From Octopus vulgaris (taxonomy: Eukaryota), in contig OX597819.1 in NCBI GenBank assembly GCA_951406725.2, positions 93,310,001-93,374,000 of the forward strand: DNA of 64,000 nt, given 5' to 3'. Below, one piece after another: positions 15,612 to 28,593 of this stretch. The position numbers and the translations under genes were made by a program. The notes under the pieces were generated by a model. The model did not search any database. It saw only the letters and a program-made list of their open reading frames with translations, and was not told the DNA's origin. Position 1 is the first letter of the stretch; the number at the start of each line of letters is the position of its first letter.

Positions 15612-15998
15612 TCAGATAGGAATGGTCCAACCAATCTGTTTTAATGTGTTGTTAGAATATCTACTGTAGTTAACATCTTGGATGTTGGGGCAGCCACTGA
15701 AGTTAACAATTGTTAGCTTGGGGCAGAATTTTAGTACAAGTTCTACTGATTTGTTAGATATCTTTTCAATATTCCGAAGGACCATCTCCTCAAGTGTGTT
15801 ATGACAACAACCTGCAACTAGGGAAGCAATCCCAGCGTCAGTGATTGAATTTCTACTGAAGTCTATACTCCTCAAGTAATGGCAATTTTCTCCCAGAGCT
15901 TGCATTGCTACGTCTGTGACTTTGGAACATTGGCTTAAATTTAAACAATGAATATTCCGGCAGGATCTAGACAAAGCTACCACAGTAGCATCATCGCA
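15612..15998 (-). pseudogene. AMN1: Intronless 5'-truncated copy of an AMN1-like leucine-rich-repeat gene (probable retrocopy)
   Basis: Cys-containing LRRs (LSQCSKVTDVAMQALGENC, IDFSRNSITDAGIASLVAGCC, FCPKLTIVNFSGCPNI). The C-terminus LKQIGWTI resembles AMN1 LKQVTWTV. The frame extends to CDDATVVAL at the PLE junction, with no ATG or upstream exons seen. Confidence 0.75.
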
Positions 15999-16003
15999 CG
16001 GCG

Positions 16004-17179
16004 ATGGGAACGAGGTTTGCTCCCGTTTACGCCAACTCTGTAATGGGATACTTAGAAGAACAACTCTACCAAGAGGTGGAGGTAAACTATGGCACTGGAT
16101 TTAGAAAGTATATTGAAAAGGCATGGAAGAGATACCTAGACGACTGTTTCATAATCTGGACAGAATCTCTAAATACTCTGGAAGAGTTCAATATCCTCCT
16201 GAACAACCTACACCCATCTCTCAAATTTACAAAGGAGATGAGTAGTACCAAATTACCATTCCTGGATATAATGGTAATTAAAAAAGACACCACCATCACC
16301 ACAGATATATACTATAAACACACAGACACACATCAATACCTAAATTTTAAGTCGTGCCATCCACCACATACAAAACGTAACATCCCATACTGCCTAGCCA
16401 GAAGAATTTGTACTATTGTAGAAGATGCAAATATCAGGAACAAACGCCTAATAGAACTAAGAGAATTTTTGCTCAAACAAAAATACCCATCTCTACTTAT
16501 AGAAAATGGCATACAGCGGGCTATAAAAATACCTATACAACAACTTAGGACAACCCAAGGAAGAGGAAAACAAGAACAAGTCATACCATTCATAGTGACA
16601 CACAACCCATGTCACCAGAATATCTTCAACATTGCCAAAGCAAACCTACCAATCATTGCCCAAAGTAATGAATTAAAAGACATAATCAAGGATCGAGCTA
16701 TGGTGCTTAGTAAAAGACAGCCTAAAAACTTGAAAACATTACTAACAAAGGCTAAATTTGACCTCAGCAACAAAGACCAAACATTCACGGTATCTAAATG
16801 CAATGATAGCCGATGTGGCACATGCCAATTCATACATACCGGTCAATATATAAACACAAAAACCGGGAAAATATTCACAAACGCGAATATGAACTGCAAA
16901 AGCAGAAATTTAATTTACTGCATCAAATGCCCAAATTGTGAAGAAATATATGTAGGTCAGACGGGAAACGCACTATTAGAACGCTCACGTGTACACCGGC
17001 AACAGATTAGAGACCCAGAGGTCCGTCAGATACCTTTGAGTAACCACCTAGCAACATGTGGTCGGAAAATATATATAATATTTCCATTCTACAAATTACA
17101 CAGCCCAAGTGAAATCGAGAGGAAAATCAGAGAAAAGAATTTTATTGATAAATTCGAACCCAAGCTAAATAAGCAATAA
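16004..17179 (+). CDS. Penelope-like RT (C-terminal part) + GIY-YIG endonuclease, N-terminally truncated
   Basis: Motifs (GTA)MGTRFAP, RYLDD, LPFLDI and TDIYYKHTDTHQYLNFKSCHP; Cys linker CNDSRCGTC typical of the Neptune clade; NLIYCIKCPNCEEIYVGQTG...R..H GIY-YIG. 391 codons without a stop. Confidence 0.92.
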   Translation: MGTRFAPVYANSVMGYLEEQLYQEVEVNYGTGFRKYIEKAWKRYLDDCFIIWTESLNTLEEFNILLNNLHPSLKFTKEMSSTKLPFLDIMVIKKDTTITTDIYYKHTDTHQYLNFKSCHPPHTKRNIPYCLARRICTIVEDANIRNKRLIELREFLLKQKYPSLLIENGIQRAIKIPIQQLRTTQGRGKQEQVIPFIVTHNPCHQNIFNIAKANLPIIAQSNELKDIIKDRAMVLSKRQPKNLKTLLTKAKFDLSNKDQTFTVSKCNDSRCGTCQFIHTGQYINTKTGKIFTNANMNCKSRNLIYCIKCPNCEEIYVGQTGNALLERSRVHRQQIRDPEVRQIPLSNHLATCGRKIYIIFPFYKLHSPSEIERKIREKNFIDKFEPKLNKQ

Positions 17180-17664
17180 TAATAATACTTAGAGGTATTA
17201 CTTCCACTGCTACGACCATGATCACTAACAACAACAACAATACTAAAGGTGATCAAGACGAAGATAGCAGGAAAATTATCTTATTTAGGGTTAAAAGTTC
17301 TATTGCCACCACCATCACCACTAGCAACAATAATTAAGGTGCTGACAATGATGATGATGACAATTGAAATATAAAAATATAAAAATCTCTGACAAAGGAT
17401 ATTTACAACATTTCTAAAAATAACCCAACAATTGCTGCTTCGGCCAGGGTCAAGATACAGGACTCTTGACCTGTCCAACAAAGCGTGATGCCTAAACCAA
17501 TCAGCTCAACCAACCAATCAGCTTAAGTAATTGAGTGATACTACACACTGATTGGTCAGAATACAGTTTGCAAAACCTAGCACATCTGGAGCCTACCCAG
17601 CTGTATTTATATATCACTCATCTTGCTACAGTCAAAAATAAGCATGACTGTCAACACTACTACA

Positions 17665-17710
17665 TGAACCCGAAGATTGCAGAATTCAATGCATGAAAGT
17701 ACTAGTGTCA
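17665..17710 (+). ncRNA. Minimal hammerhead ribozyme motif in the PLE 3' end (U4C variant)
   Basis: TGAAC-CCGAAGA-TTGCA..TGCAT-GAAA-GTAC-TA-GTGTCA; palindromic stem III. Confidence 0.6.
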
Positions 17711-17872
17711 ATCAGAATGAATATTTAACATTCTACTATTTCATTTTATTTTATTCAATTATAATATATTATCTTATAATATATCATTATAAGATTGTAA
17801 ATAAAACGTGAAAATCAGACAAGGTTGGAATTCTTTTTATTAATATATTCTTCTATACACAATCACACACAC

Positions 17873-17944
<72 letters not shown>

Positions 17945-17948
17945 TTAT

Positions 17949-18013
<65 letters not shown>

Positions 18014-18021
18014 TGGGATAA

Positions 18022-18382
18022 AACTTACTTGGAAAAGGATGCGTGGCGTTCGATCATATAATATAAATAATATATAAATATATGCATACATATATGTACA
18101 TACCTACATTTATATGTGTATATACATGCATATATGGGTACAGGACATGAAAAAAAACGTGGACACAATGAGAAACGAAAACAATAAACAAAAACATAGA
18201 AAACGAACTTTTTTTCGAACAACGAAAAAAACAGAGAAACGAGGCATGCAACATAGAGAATATTCCCCTTCATCAGTTGTCCCTGGTTCATCTACTCCGC
18301 GTTGCAAAGGTAAGGACAATACGCGACTTCATTGAAATGCTCCTTCCTGCAAAGCAAATTAAATAAAATTTGAGATTTTTTG

Positions 18383-18385
<3 letters not shown>
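18022..18385. repeat. Interspersed repeat family D (also 19760-19872, 20440-21411, 55740-56120)
   Basis: Shared blocks AACTTACTTGGAAAAGGATGCGTGGCGTTCGATC, GGGTACAGGACAT and GCAAATTAAATAAAATTTGAGATTTT. Confidence 0.8.
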
Positions 18386-18433
<48 letters not shown>

Positions 18434-19102
18434 GATGAGCAATATGACAAATAACTCGTAATAAGTTTACCATCATTCTCGTATTGACTATTGCATTTGA
18501 CAATATTGACGATTATTCAGATACACGGGCCTGAGCGTATAGCCTCTTTTACCCTGGGGTATGAATAGACCTTGATTACCTCGGAATGAAACTTGAAAAC
18601 TTATAAAAATTTGCCAGGATTAAAAGATGCGTAACTTCTCGTAGATTGATATTAGCCGTGGTTGTCAGCTCTTGCCTAGCCCAGAAATGGGTACGACGAC
18701 ATTGTCAGAACTTTTGGAGTTCAGGATGAATTCGGACTGTACAATTTTTTTTTTTTAGATTGATTCTCCTTTCTGTCAAGCAAATCTGGCAACGCCTACT
18801 TCTATATAACTGATATACATAGCATTGCGCTTACCCGGGAACCTAAAAGAGCATCTGTGATTATCCAGCCTGTCGGTCAGTCTTAGTGCGTGCCTACACC
18901 TCTGCTTTGTAAACCAGAGCTTCACAATTTGTACTGCATTGACCATTCACTGGCCACTCACTGTAAATCCTGGATAGTTGTAAAAAAAAATAAAGATAAA
19001 ACGCGACAATGACAAATGTAACGATGATTATCATCGTTATCAAAATCATTACCACCGTCATCAATAGTAATGACAAGACGCGGACGGTAACGATTTGTGT
19101 GA

Positions 19103-19168
<66 letters not shown>

Positions 19169-19350
19169 TGTGTGTGTGTTGTGTTGTGTGTGTGTGTGGT
19201 CAGTTTACTTTTCTTGACCCTAATAAGTTTCTTGCGTTTTTTTTTTATTTTATTTTTAATCGGTTTTGTTTCAAAGCAAACTCTAAATCCTTTGAAGAAT
19301 TTCAAACTTTGTAAGATCTGAAGAATTATGACAAAAAGGTATGAGTGGGT

Positions 19351-19381
<31 letters not shown>

Positions 19382-19589
19382 AGTGTGTGTGTATTTGTCT
19401 TTGTGTGTACGTGTGTGTGTTTGTTTTTGTGCGTGTACGTCTGTTTGCGCTCATGCGTATGTGTATGTGTATGTAAGTATATATATTTTTCGTTTTCTGT
19501 AAATCTGAACTATACAGAAAACAAAAGACGAAAACAGGTTAGGGAACAACAAGCAGGTGTAATTTGACTCTCGGTGAAAATGGAATAGT

Positions 19590-19625
19590 CTTTGATGTTT
19601 CGACCCTATCGTCCTCGACAGAAAG
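19590..19625 (-). ncRNA. Hammerhead-like motif, A6U variant
   Basis: Reverse complement reads CTTT-CTGTCGA-G-GAC-GATAGG-GTC-GAAA-CA-TC-AAAG. Confidence 0.55.
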
Positions 19626-19883
19626 GTTTGAGAGGAAAACAATGGAGAGAGAACGAAAAAACAAAGACGAGGAGAGATAAAATATGTAGGGATTAACGGT
19701 CCAGCAGGATGAAATAACCAGATGCAGTCATCGTATTTCATGTTGTTTACGGTTTGTGACGTCCCGTACCCATATATGCATATGTACATGTGTATGTACA
19801 TATATATATATATATATATATTATTTATACTATTATTTAGTGAACGCCACGCATCCATTTCCAAGTAAGTTTAAACATATATT

Positions 19884-19919
<36 letters not shown>

Positions 19920-21410
19920 GAGAGACAGAGAATAGATAGATAGATACATACATATATACATACATGTAATTATGTATCTATACGTATGTGTGGGTGTTTG
20001 TGTGTGCGTCATGTGTCTGTGTGTGTGTCTGTGCGTGTGTGTGTGTGAGCGTATGTGTGTGTATGCGAAATTGTAAGATCCAAGGATCAAAGAGTAGGAA
20101 GTTTGTAAGCTTCAAGCAATTCGTTCGTTGTAAGTATAAAGAACAATGTTCATGAACAACAATAAATTATTGGCGCCGAAGGTTTTCCGATATGGAAGTT
20201 CGATAAGCTGAACATCTTTTTATAGCTAACGGTTAGTAATCTTAGTTGCCACGAATGCGAATACAAACCCAAATAGGAGTGGAGGAGGTAAAATCCAGGT
20301 TACTTTTGTTAGCGATTCGACAAAAAGTGCCCGATAAAATAAGTATTAGGCTTACAATGACAACTCCTGGGGGCTATTTGTTCGACTAAAGGTAGTGCTC
20401 CAGCATGTCCTCAACCAAATGGCTGAAACAAACGAAGGAATATATGTATGTATATATTTGTGTACATGTACTCATATATACATACATATATATACATACC
20501 TACATATATATGTATATATACATGCATATATGGGTACAGGACATCAAAATAAAACGTTGAACACAATGAGAAACGAAAACATGAATACAAAAACATAGAA
20601 AAGGAACTTTTTTTCGAACAACGAAAAAAATAGAGAAACGAGACATTTAACATAAACAATATTCCTCTACATCAGTTGTCCCTGTTTCATCTACTCCGCG
20701 TTTTGAAAGCAAGGACAATGCGCGACTTCGTTGAAACAGTCCTTCCCGCAAGGCAAATTAAATAAAATTTGGGATTTTTTTGCGGAGGGTGAAAGTGGTA
20801 ACAAGAACAGAACAGTGAGAACAAGACAGTAAACGCAAATGGGGAGGACTGTTAGGTCAAGACGATAGAAACATTATTATGAAGGCTAGGAAGACGAGCT
20901 TATGAAGGAGACAGTATAAGCAAGTGTTGTGTTTTGGAAGGAAATGGGCAGAAAGATAGATTCCCTTTTGTCACGTGTCAGCGACGAGAGAGAGACAAGG
21001 AGGAAGAGTGAGAGAGAGAAGGAACGGTGAAGAGGAGAGTAGAAGAATAGGGATGGGTGAGAGAGAACACCAGAAAGGATGAAGAACAAGAGAGGGAGAG
21101 AAGAGAGATATTAAGATAAGACTTACGTGGAAAAGGATGTGTGGCTTTCAATCATATAATAATATAAATAATATATAAATATATGCATATATACTGATTT
21201 TTTCGTTGTTTGAAAAAATGTTCGTTTTCTATGGTTTTGTTTTAATGTTTCCGTTTCTCATTGTGTTCAACGTTTTTTTGATGTCCTGTACCCACATATG
21301 CATGCATATATGTATATATATGTAGATATGTACATATATGTATATATGCATATATTTATATATTATTTATATTATATGATCGAACGCCACACATCCTTTT
21401 CCATGTAAGT

Positions 21411-21451
<41 letters not shown>

Positions 21452-22009
21452 CAATATTTCTATGTTTCTATATGCCTACATACATACACACATAAATTCA
21501 TACATACATACATACATACACACACATACATACACACACACACATATACATACACAAATACATGCATACATGCATATATACATACATACATACACACATA
21601 CACACACACATACATACACACATACATACACACATACATACACAAATACATACATACATACATACATATATACATACATACTTACATACATACATACATA
21701 CATGTTGATATATTTATGAACTTAGACATGTTTCAACTAGAAACTTTCAACGGAATAAGATAGCTGTATTGCAGGCAATACGTAAGGTACTTAGATGTTT
21801 GCCGCTGTTTATTTATAGATAGAAAATTAAATATATTTAGTTATGCATCAGGTGCACATGCATATATAGATCCCATGATACGTCCTTGATGTATCATTGC
21901 ATGACGGCATAATTGTGCTTAGATTCCGTTTGACATTAACCCTATCAGTGTGAATATTATTTTCTGCATACAAATGTGTGAGAGGTTTGTCTGCGCATTA
22001 GGTGTGTGT

Positions 22010-22044
22010 ACGTATGTATATATATATATATGTATGTATATATG

Positions 22045-22101
<57 letters not shown>

Positions 22102-22545
22102 ATATTTATATATATATATACATGTATATATATATTTATATATATATATACATGTATATATATATATATATTTATATATATTATATATATATATATACAT
22201 GTATATATATTTATATATGTATATATGTGTATATATATTTATATATGTATATATGTGTATATATATTTATATATGTATATACGTGTATATATATTTATAT
22301 ATATATACATGTATATATATTTATATATGTATATATGTGTATATATATTTATATATATATATACATGTATATATATTTATATACGTATATATGTGTATAT
22401 ATATTTATATATATATATATATATACATGTATATATATTTATATATTCATATATGTGTATATATATATATGTATATATTTATATATGTATGTATATATAT
22501 ATATGTATGAATATTTATATATATATAGATATATCATATATGCAT
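22010..22545. repeat. Compound TA-rich satellite with ~26 bp higher-order unit
   Basis: Recurrent ATATATTTATATATGTATATATGTGT. Confidence 0.8.
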
Positions 22546-22879
22546 GAACCATATGTAAGGATGCTTGTGTGAACATAAACACGCGTATGAACGCGCGCGC
22601 ACAGCACACACCTACGCAATTGCGCTCGTGCATCACCCACACGATATTGATACACGCACAGGTGTGAGTATAGAAGTCACTATAGTGTCCCTTTATCGCA
22701 ATAATAGAATTATGTAATCTGTCATCTGCCTCGTGGACTATCAATCATGAGTGCGCCATATGCTTGTGTAAGTGTGCACTCGTTTCCATGCTTGTGGTTA
22801 GGGTCACGTTATAGTGCCATATTGTAATATTCCTCCTCTTCTCTGTTCTTCACACTCTTTTTCCTCATATATATATATT

Positions 22880-22933
<54 letters not shown>

Positions 22934-22937
22934 TGTG

Positions 22938-23324
<387 letters not shown>

Positions 23325-23488
23325 AAGGCGCATGGCTCAGTGGTTAGAGCGTCGAGCTTACGATCATGAGGCTGTGAGCTCGAATCCCGGACCGGGCTAC
23401 GTGTTGTGTTCTCGAGCAAGGCACTTTATTTGGGTAACTTTCTAGGTGCAATCCCATGGTCATTCATGACCGAAGGGGGTCTTTACCC

Positions 23489-23534
<46 letters not shown>

Positions 23535-23756
23535 CAGTTTCCGTCCACCCAATCCCAAGGCTATACGCAGCATAAGACGCTTGCCTAATGTGCAACGCAA
23601 GTGAACTGAACTCGGAACAATGTGGCTGGAAAGCAAATTTCTTACCACACAGCCATGCTGCTGTGTGTTCTTGTGCGTGTTTGTGTGTTTGTGTGTATAC
23701 ATACTTATATATATACATATATATATATATATACATATATATAAAACTACATAAGT

Positions 23757-23930
23757 ACATACATACATACATACATACATACATACATACATACATACAT
23801 ACATACATACATACATACATACATACATACATACATACATACATACATACATACATACATACATACATACATACATACATACATACATACATACATACAT
23901 ACATACATACATACATACATACATACATAC
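23757..23930. repeat. (TACA)n microsatellite
   Basis: Direct reading. Confidence 0.95.
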
Positions 23931-24551
23931 TGATATCAAAGGGTAATCAGAAATATTTAAAATTTCCATTACCAGTGGCCTAGCGTGTAGAAAAATTTAG
24001 TGAATAGACTATATATTATTCACATATATACACTGTACATTTAAACACATAAGAGGTATCCATCATAGGATTTCTTTGCACGCTAGAAAGGAAACTTTAT
24101 CCCTAATATTGGTTTGGAATTTAACTGTCCTTTCTAGCGTGCAAGGAATCCTATGATGGATATCTCTCATGTGTTTAAATGTACACTGTATTTATACATA
24201 CATATATAATATACACACACACACACACACATATATATAATATGTGTATATGTACGTATATAATCACCGTGTGTGTGTTTACATGCATGAATATCCATAT
24301 GTGTATGCGAAGGCATGTGGATGCGTATATGTGTCTACGTGTATGTATGCGTCCGCGTATATATATGAGTATGAGCCTGTGTGAATCTGCTTCTGTGTGT
24401 CCTTCAGCTTGAACAATGTGAGCAACAGAATATTTGGTCCCCTATTTCTATTATAGCCTACTTTTGTCTCGAGCAGATTGTGCAGCACATATTGTTGTAC
24501 ATGTCAACAATAACACGTCCATATACATACGCACACATGCATGCTCATATA

Positions 24552-25421
24552 CGAGGATGCACCCAAAAGTAACTGGAGATTTTCCCTGTGAAACCAGCCA
24601 GTTGTAAGTTCCCACTTGATGCAGTCCTCAGGCATCAGTCTGTCGACCGGCGCCGTCTGGTGTGTGCCTACTGTCACGTGGTGTATCTTTGTTTTGTAGT
24701 GCTTCTCTATTCGTCGGTTTTTGCTATGGCTGAAACGAAGGAACAGCGTGCCTCCGTGAAATTCTGTTTTCTGCGAGGGAAAACGGCGGCCGAAACGGTT
24801 GTCATACCTCAAAAAGCTTAGAAGGACGCTGCTATGAGCAAAACGCAAGTTTATGAGTGGTTTTTACGCTTTAGGTATGGTCACTTGTTGCATGAAGTTC
24901 AACCTCATTCAGGACGTCCGTCGATCTCCCGAACGAATTTTTAAAAAGTCACGAAAATTCATGAACTGGTCTTGGTGGACAGTCTTGTTGATATGACTGT
25001 TATGTCTTGGAGCTCCTGCCAACGAATTTTGAGGGAAGAATTGCGAATGGAAAGAGTTGCAGCAAAATTTGCGCCTCGCTAGCTCATGGAAGACGAAAAG
25101 CTGTTACACTTGAATGCGTGTCGTGAACTGAAAGAAAAGTTAGAAATTGATCCAGACCTTTCTTCGAGGGTCATCACTGGTGACGAAAGCTGGCCATACG
25201 GAACTTGCAGATGTGGAAGAGGTGAAGCAATAAACGACAGAGGGGTTAAAAGGTATCACTTTCCAAGAGTTCCAGCACTGCTTCGAACAACGGAAAACGC
25301 GTCTGGACTGATGCATTGCTTCAAATGGAGAATACTTTGGAGGCGATAAAAGTGTAAACATGTAAAACTAAGTGAATAAAATAATATTGCAGAATCCAAA
25401 TTTCTTTTGGGTGCCCCTTCG
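24552..25421 (+). mobile_element. Internally deleted mariner-like element
   Basis: TA|CGAGGATGCACCCAAAAG ... CTTTTGGGTGCCCCTTCG|TA TIRs. HTH region MAETKEQRASVKFCFLRGKTAAET..VYEWF, then VITGDESW and C-terminal CIASNGEYF; the middle of the catalytic domain is missing. Confidence 0.88.
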
Positions 25422-25853
25422 TATATACATACAATCGCACACTTATTCGGACGTATTTAATCATAAACATGTGCAAAGACTGAGAACGCATGTGCGTGCG
25501 TATGTGAGCACGGCATGTGTGCAAATGGTAGTGCAATGGTAACTGTGTAGCTACACGAGTGTAAGATACCCCTAACCACTATACAAATTGTTTGTTATAT
25601 ATATATATAATTACTATTTAAGGGTATAGAAAAAATTTGCAGCCTATATGTTGAAAATAGACGCTAAATCGTCTCACCACTTTAAAATCACAAAATGGTG
25701 AGAGGATTTAACGTCTATTTTCAGTATATAGGCTGGAAATTTTTTCTTGGCCCTTAATTATAATTATATATATGATTTCACCTTAATCGGTCTATTTTTT
25801 TATATGTTGGCCACTGATATTTTTTTTAAAATTTTATCCTTTATTACTACATA

Positions 25854-25939
<86 letters not shown>

Positions 25940-25941
<2 letters not shown>

Positions 25942-26240
25942 GTAATGAGGACTAATGAAAAAATAAGAGGGACAAGTTTTAACAAAGTTTTTATTAGTTT
26001 AAAATGTTAACGGTGAAGATATAGTCTTCGCCGTTTCGAATGTTTGTCCTTCATCAGGGAAAAAGGAAGGAAAAGAAGAATAGGAAAATATAAGAAGATT
26101 AAGCAAAGTGGTGTCTCCGTGTGTGGAATAAGGCTTGTGGGAAGGTGTGAGTGTGGGGTTCGGGTTGTTTCTTGTAGTGTGTGGAGCTGTGCAATTATTG
26201 GAGGATAATGGTGTTGGATAGTTATGGTTTGTATAGTTCG
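25940..26240 (-). mobile_element. Probable PLE-type 3' fragment with degenerate hammerhead
   Basis: Reverse complement of 26026-26060 reads CTGATGA-A-GGA..TTC-GAAA-CG-GC, followed downstream by AATAAA and then (TA)n. Confidence 0.4.
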
Positions 26241-26318
26241 AACTGACAGAAGATGTTCCAGCCTTAATCAGCCCGCTGTTTCAAACAGGTAGAACTACAT
26301 TACAAAATATGTTCTAAT

Positions 26319-26535
26319 ATTGGTTTCAAATTTTTGGTACAAGGGCAGCAAGATCGTGGAGGGTGTAAGCCGATTACATCGACCCCATTACTCGGCTGGT
26401 ACTTATTTTATCGACTCCGAAATGATAAAAGGCAAAGTCGACCTCGATGGAACTTGAACTCAGAACATAATGACGAACGAAATGCCGCTAAGCATTTTGT
26501 CCGTCATGTTAACGATCCTGCCAGCTCGCCGCCTT
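26319..26535 (-). mobile_element. SINE family A copy
   Basis: Reverse complement, ending CTGCCAGCTCGCCGCC. Confidence 0.8.
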
Positions 26536-27182
26536 AAAATACGCCCTAATATTAAAGACTGTAAGATGTAATACAAGTGAGCGATTTGGTTGCTACTTCT
26601 AGCAAGTTTAGTGACAACAGTGAGGCTTCCCCTGTTTGAACATGTGTATGTACGGATGAATGAACATATCTAAAATTAATTGGGTAATATATGATGTAGT
26701 ATTTGGTGTCTGATGGAAATATGGTGGACGGTTACGACGAGTGGCAGTAATGACAAAGAGGACTGTCTTTATAATGATGAAGGATAGGAAGAGGGGAATG
26801 GGATGAAGGGAGTTATCTACGTAGGTAGAAATGGGTGGATCCAAGGATGTTCAAATTGTTAAATAGAAAACTTGGAGTGTAGACCGGTCGGTCGGACGAA
26901 CGGATGGATGAATGGATGGATGGAGGGACGGACGGATTTATGGATGGATGGACGAATATATGGATGAACAGACGGACGGACGGATCGATGGATGGATAAG
27001 ATGGTTGGCTAGACGAAAAGATAAACAAATGGATGAATAAATGAAATGATAGAGCGAAGAACGGACATAAATATGGATTGATGAATACATTCGGTTGTAG
27101 AATTAATGCATGTCTCTGCGTATGTAATTTTATTTGTGCGTGCGTATGTGTGCGCTGATACATACATACATTCATAAATACT

Positions 27183-27216
<34 letters not shown>

Positions 27217-27270
27217 CACATATCAATATGAATGTGTGTATTTATATATATATGTGTGTGTGTGTGTATG

Positions 27271-27309
<39 letters not shown>

Positions 27310-27382
27310 GAATGTATGTATACCACGTATATGTATACATAAGCATAGGTAGATAGAAAGATAGATAGATAGATAGATAGAC

Positions 27383-27489
<107 letters not shown>

Positions 27490-27587
27490 ATACAAATATG
27501 TGCCAATGCGTGTATACGCGTACTGGAGGAACTAACTGCGAGAGAGAGTGACAGACATAGAGAGGGAGAAAATGGCAGAGTGAGAGG

Positions 27588-27620
<33 letters not shown>

Positions 27621-27769
27621 GCAGACAGACAGAGAGGCAGACAGACAGAGAGGCAGAGAGAGAGAGAGAGAAGTGGTACGAGAGTGGAAAAGGCAAAATT
27701 AAATTGTATACGAGAATGTGTCTCGGCATACAAATGAGTGATTTTTACTGATAGCGTGCATCATGTATT

Positions 27770-27834
<65 letters not shown>

Positions 27835-28122
27835 GCATATATACATATATGTATGCATATATGAATATATGTGCGTATACATATGTGTATGTATACATAG
27901 ACATACATACACAAGTATATATATGACTGCAGATATGAATGATGAGGTAGAGGTAGCTGGATGTATTATTGTAAATGCAAAGAAGTACACGTATAATAAT
28001 CTTATCATTGCTTATATATTTAATTATTCCACGATGTATAAAGTGCTGATATTTTCCCTTAATTTTTCTATTTACCTTTGATACCTTCTTTTTAAATCAA
28101 ATATTTTGTCTCTGTATGAATA

Positions 28123-28593
28123 TGTGGCTGTGTGGTAAGAAGTTTGCTTCCCAACCACATGGCTCCGGGTTCAGTCTCACAGCGTGGCACTTTGGGCAAG
28201 TGTATTCAACTATAGCCTCGGGCTGACCAAAACCTTGTGATTGAATTTGGTAGACGGAAACCGAAAGAAGCCTTTCGTATGTGTGTGTGTGTGTGTACGT
28301 GTGTGTGTGTGTGTGTGTGTGTGTACGTGTGTGTGTGTGTGCATGCGTGTATGTGAATATATTTGTGTGTGTCTCTTTGTATCTGTGTTTGTCTACCCAG
28401 CCCCATCACCGCTTGACAACCGGCGTTGGCGTATTTACGTCCCGTAGTTAGCGGTTCGGCAAAAGACACCGGTAGAATAAGTACTAGATTTACAAAGAAT
28501 AAGTTCTGGGGTCGATTTTGTGAACTATAACCCTTTAAGGCGGTGCCCTGCATGACCACAGTCAAATGACTGAAACAAGTAAAAGAATAAAGA
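28123..28593 (+). mobile_element. SINE family B copy
   Basis: Same head, internal (TG)n and tail as 39144-39574. An inverted tail fragment follows at ~28605-28700. Confidence 0.85.

Larger units (their letters stand above)
15996..17810 (+). mobile_element. 5'-truncated Penelope-like retroelement (Neptune-type) with 3' pseudo-LTR region
   Basis: RT + GIY-YIG ORF followed by a 3' region with CCAAT boxes, a TATA-like box, a hammerhead-like motif (17665-17710) and AATAAA near 17800. Confidence 0.9.

Noticed and set aside
18022-18060. TTGGAAAA-GGATGC-GTG-GCGTTC-GATC hairpin as a hammerhead in family D
   Set aside because: It lacks GAAA and a valid core in all copies seen.
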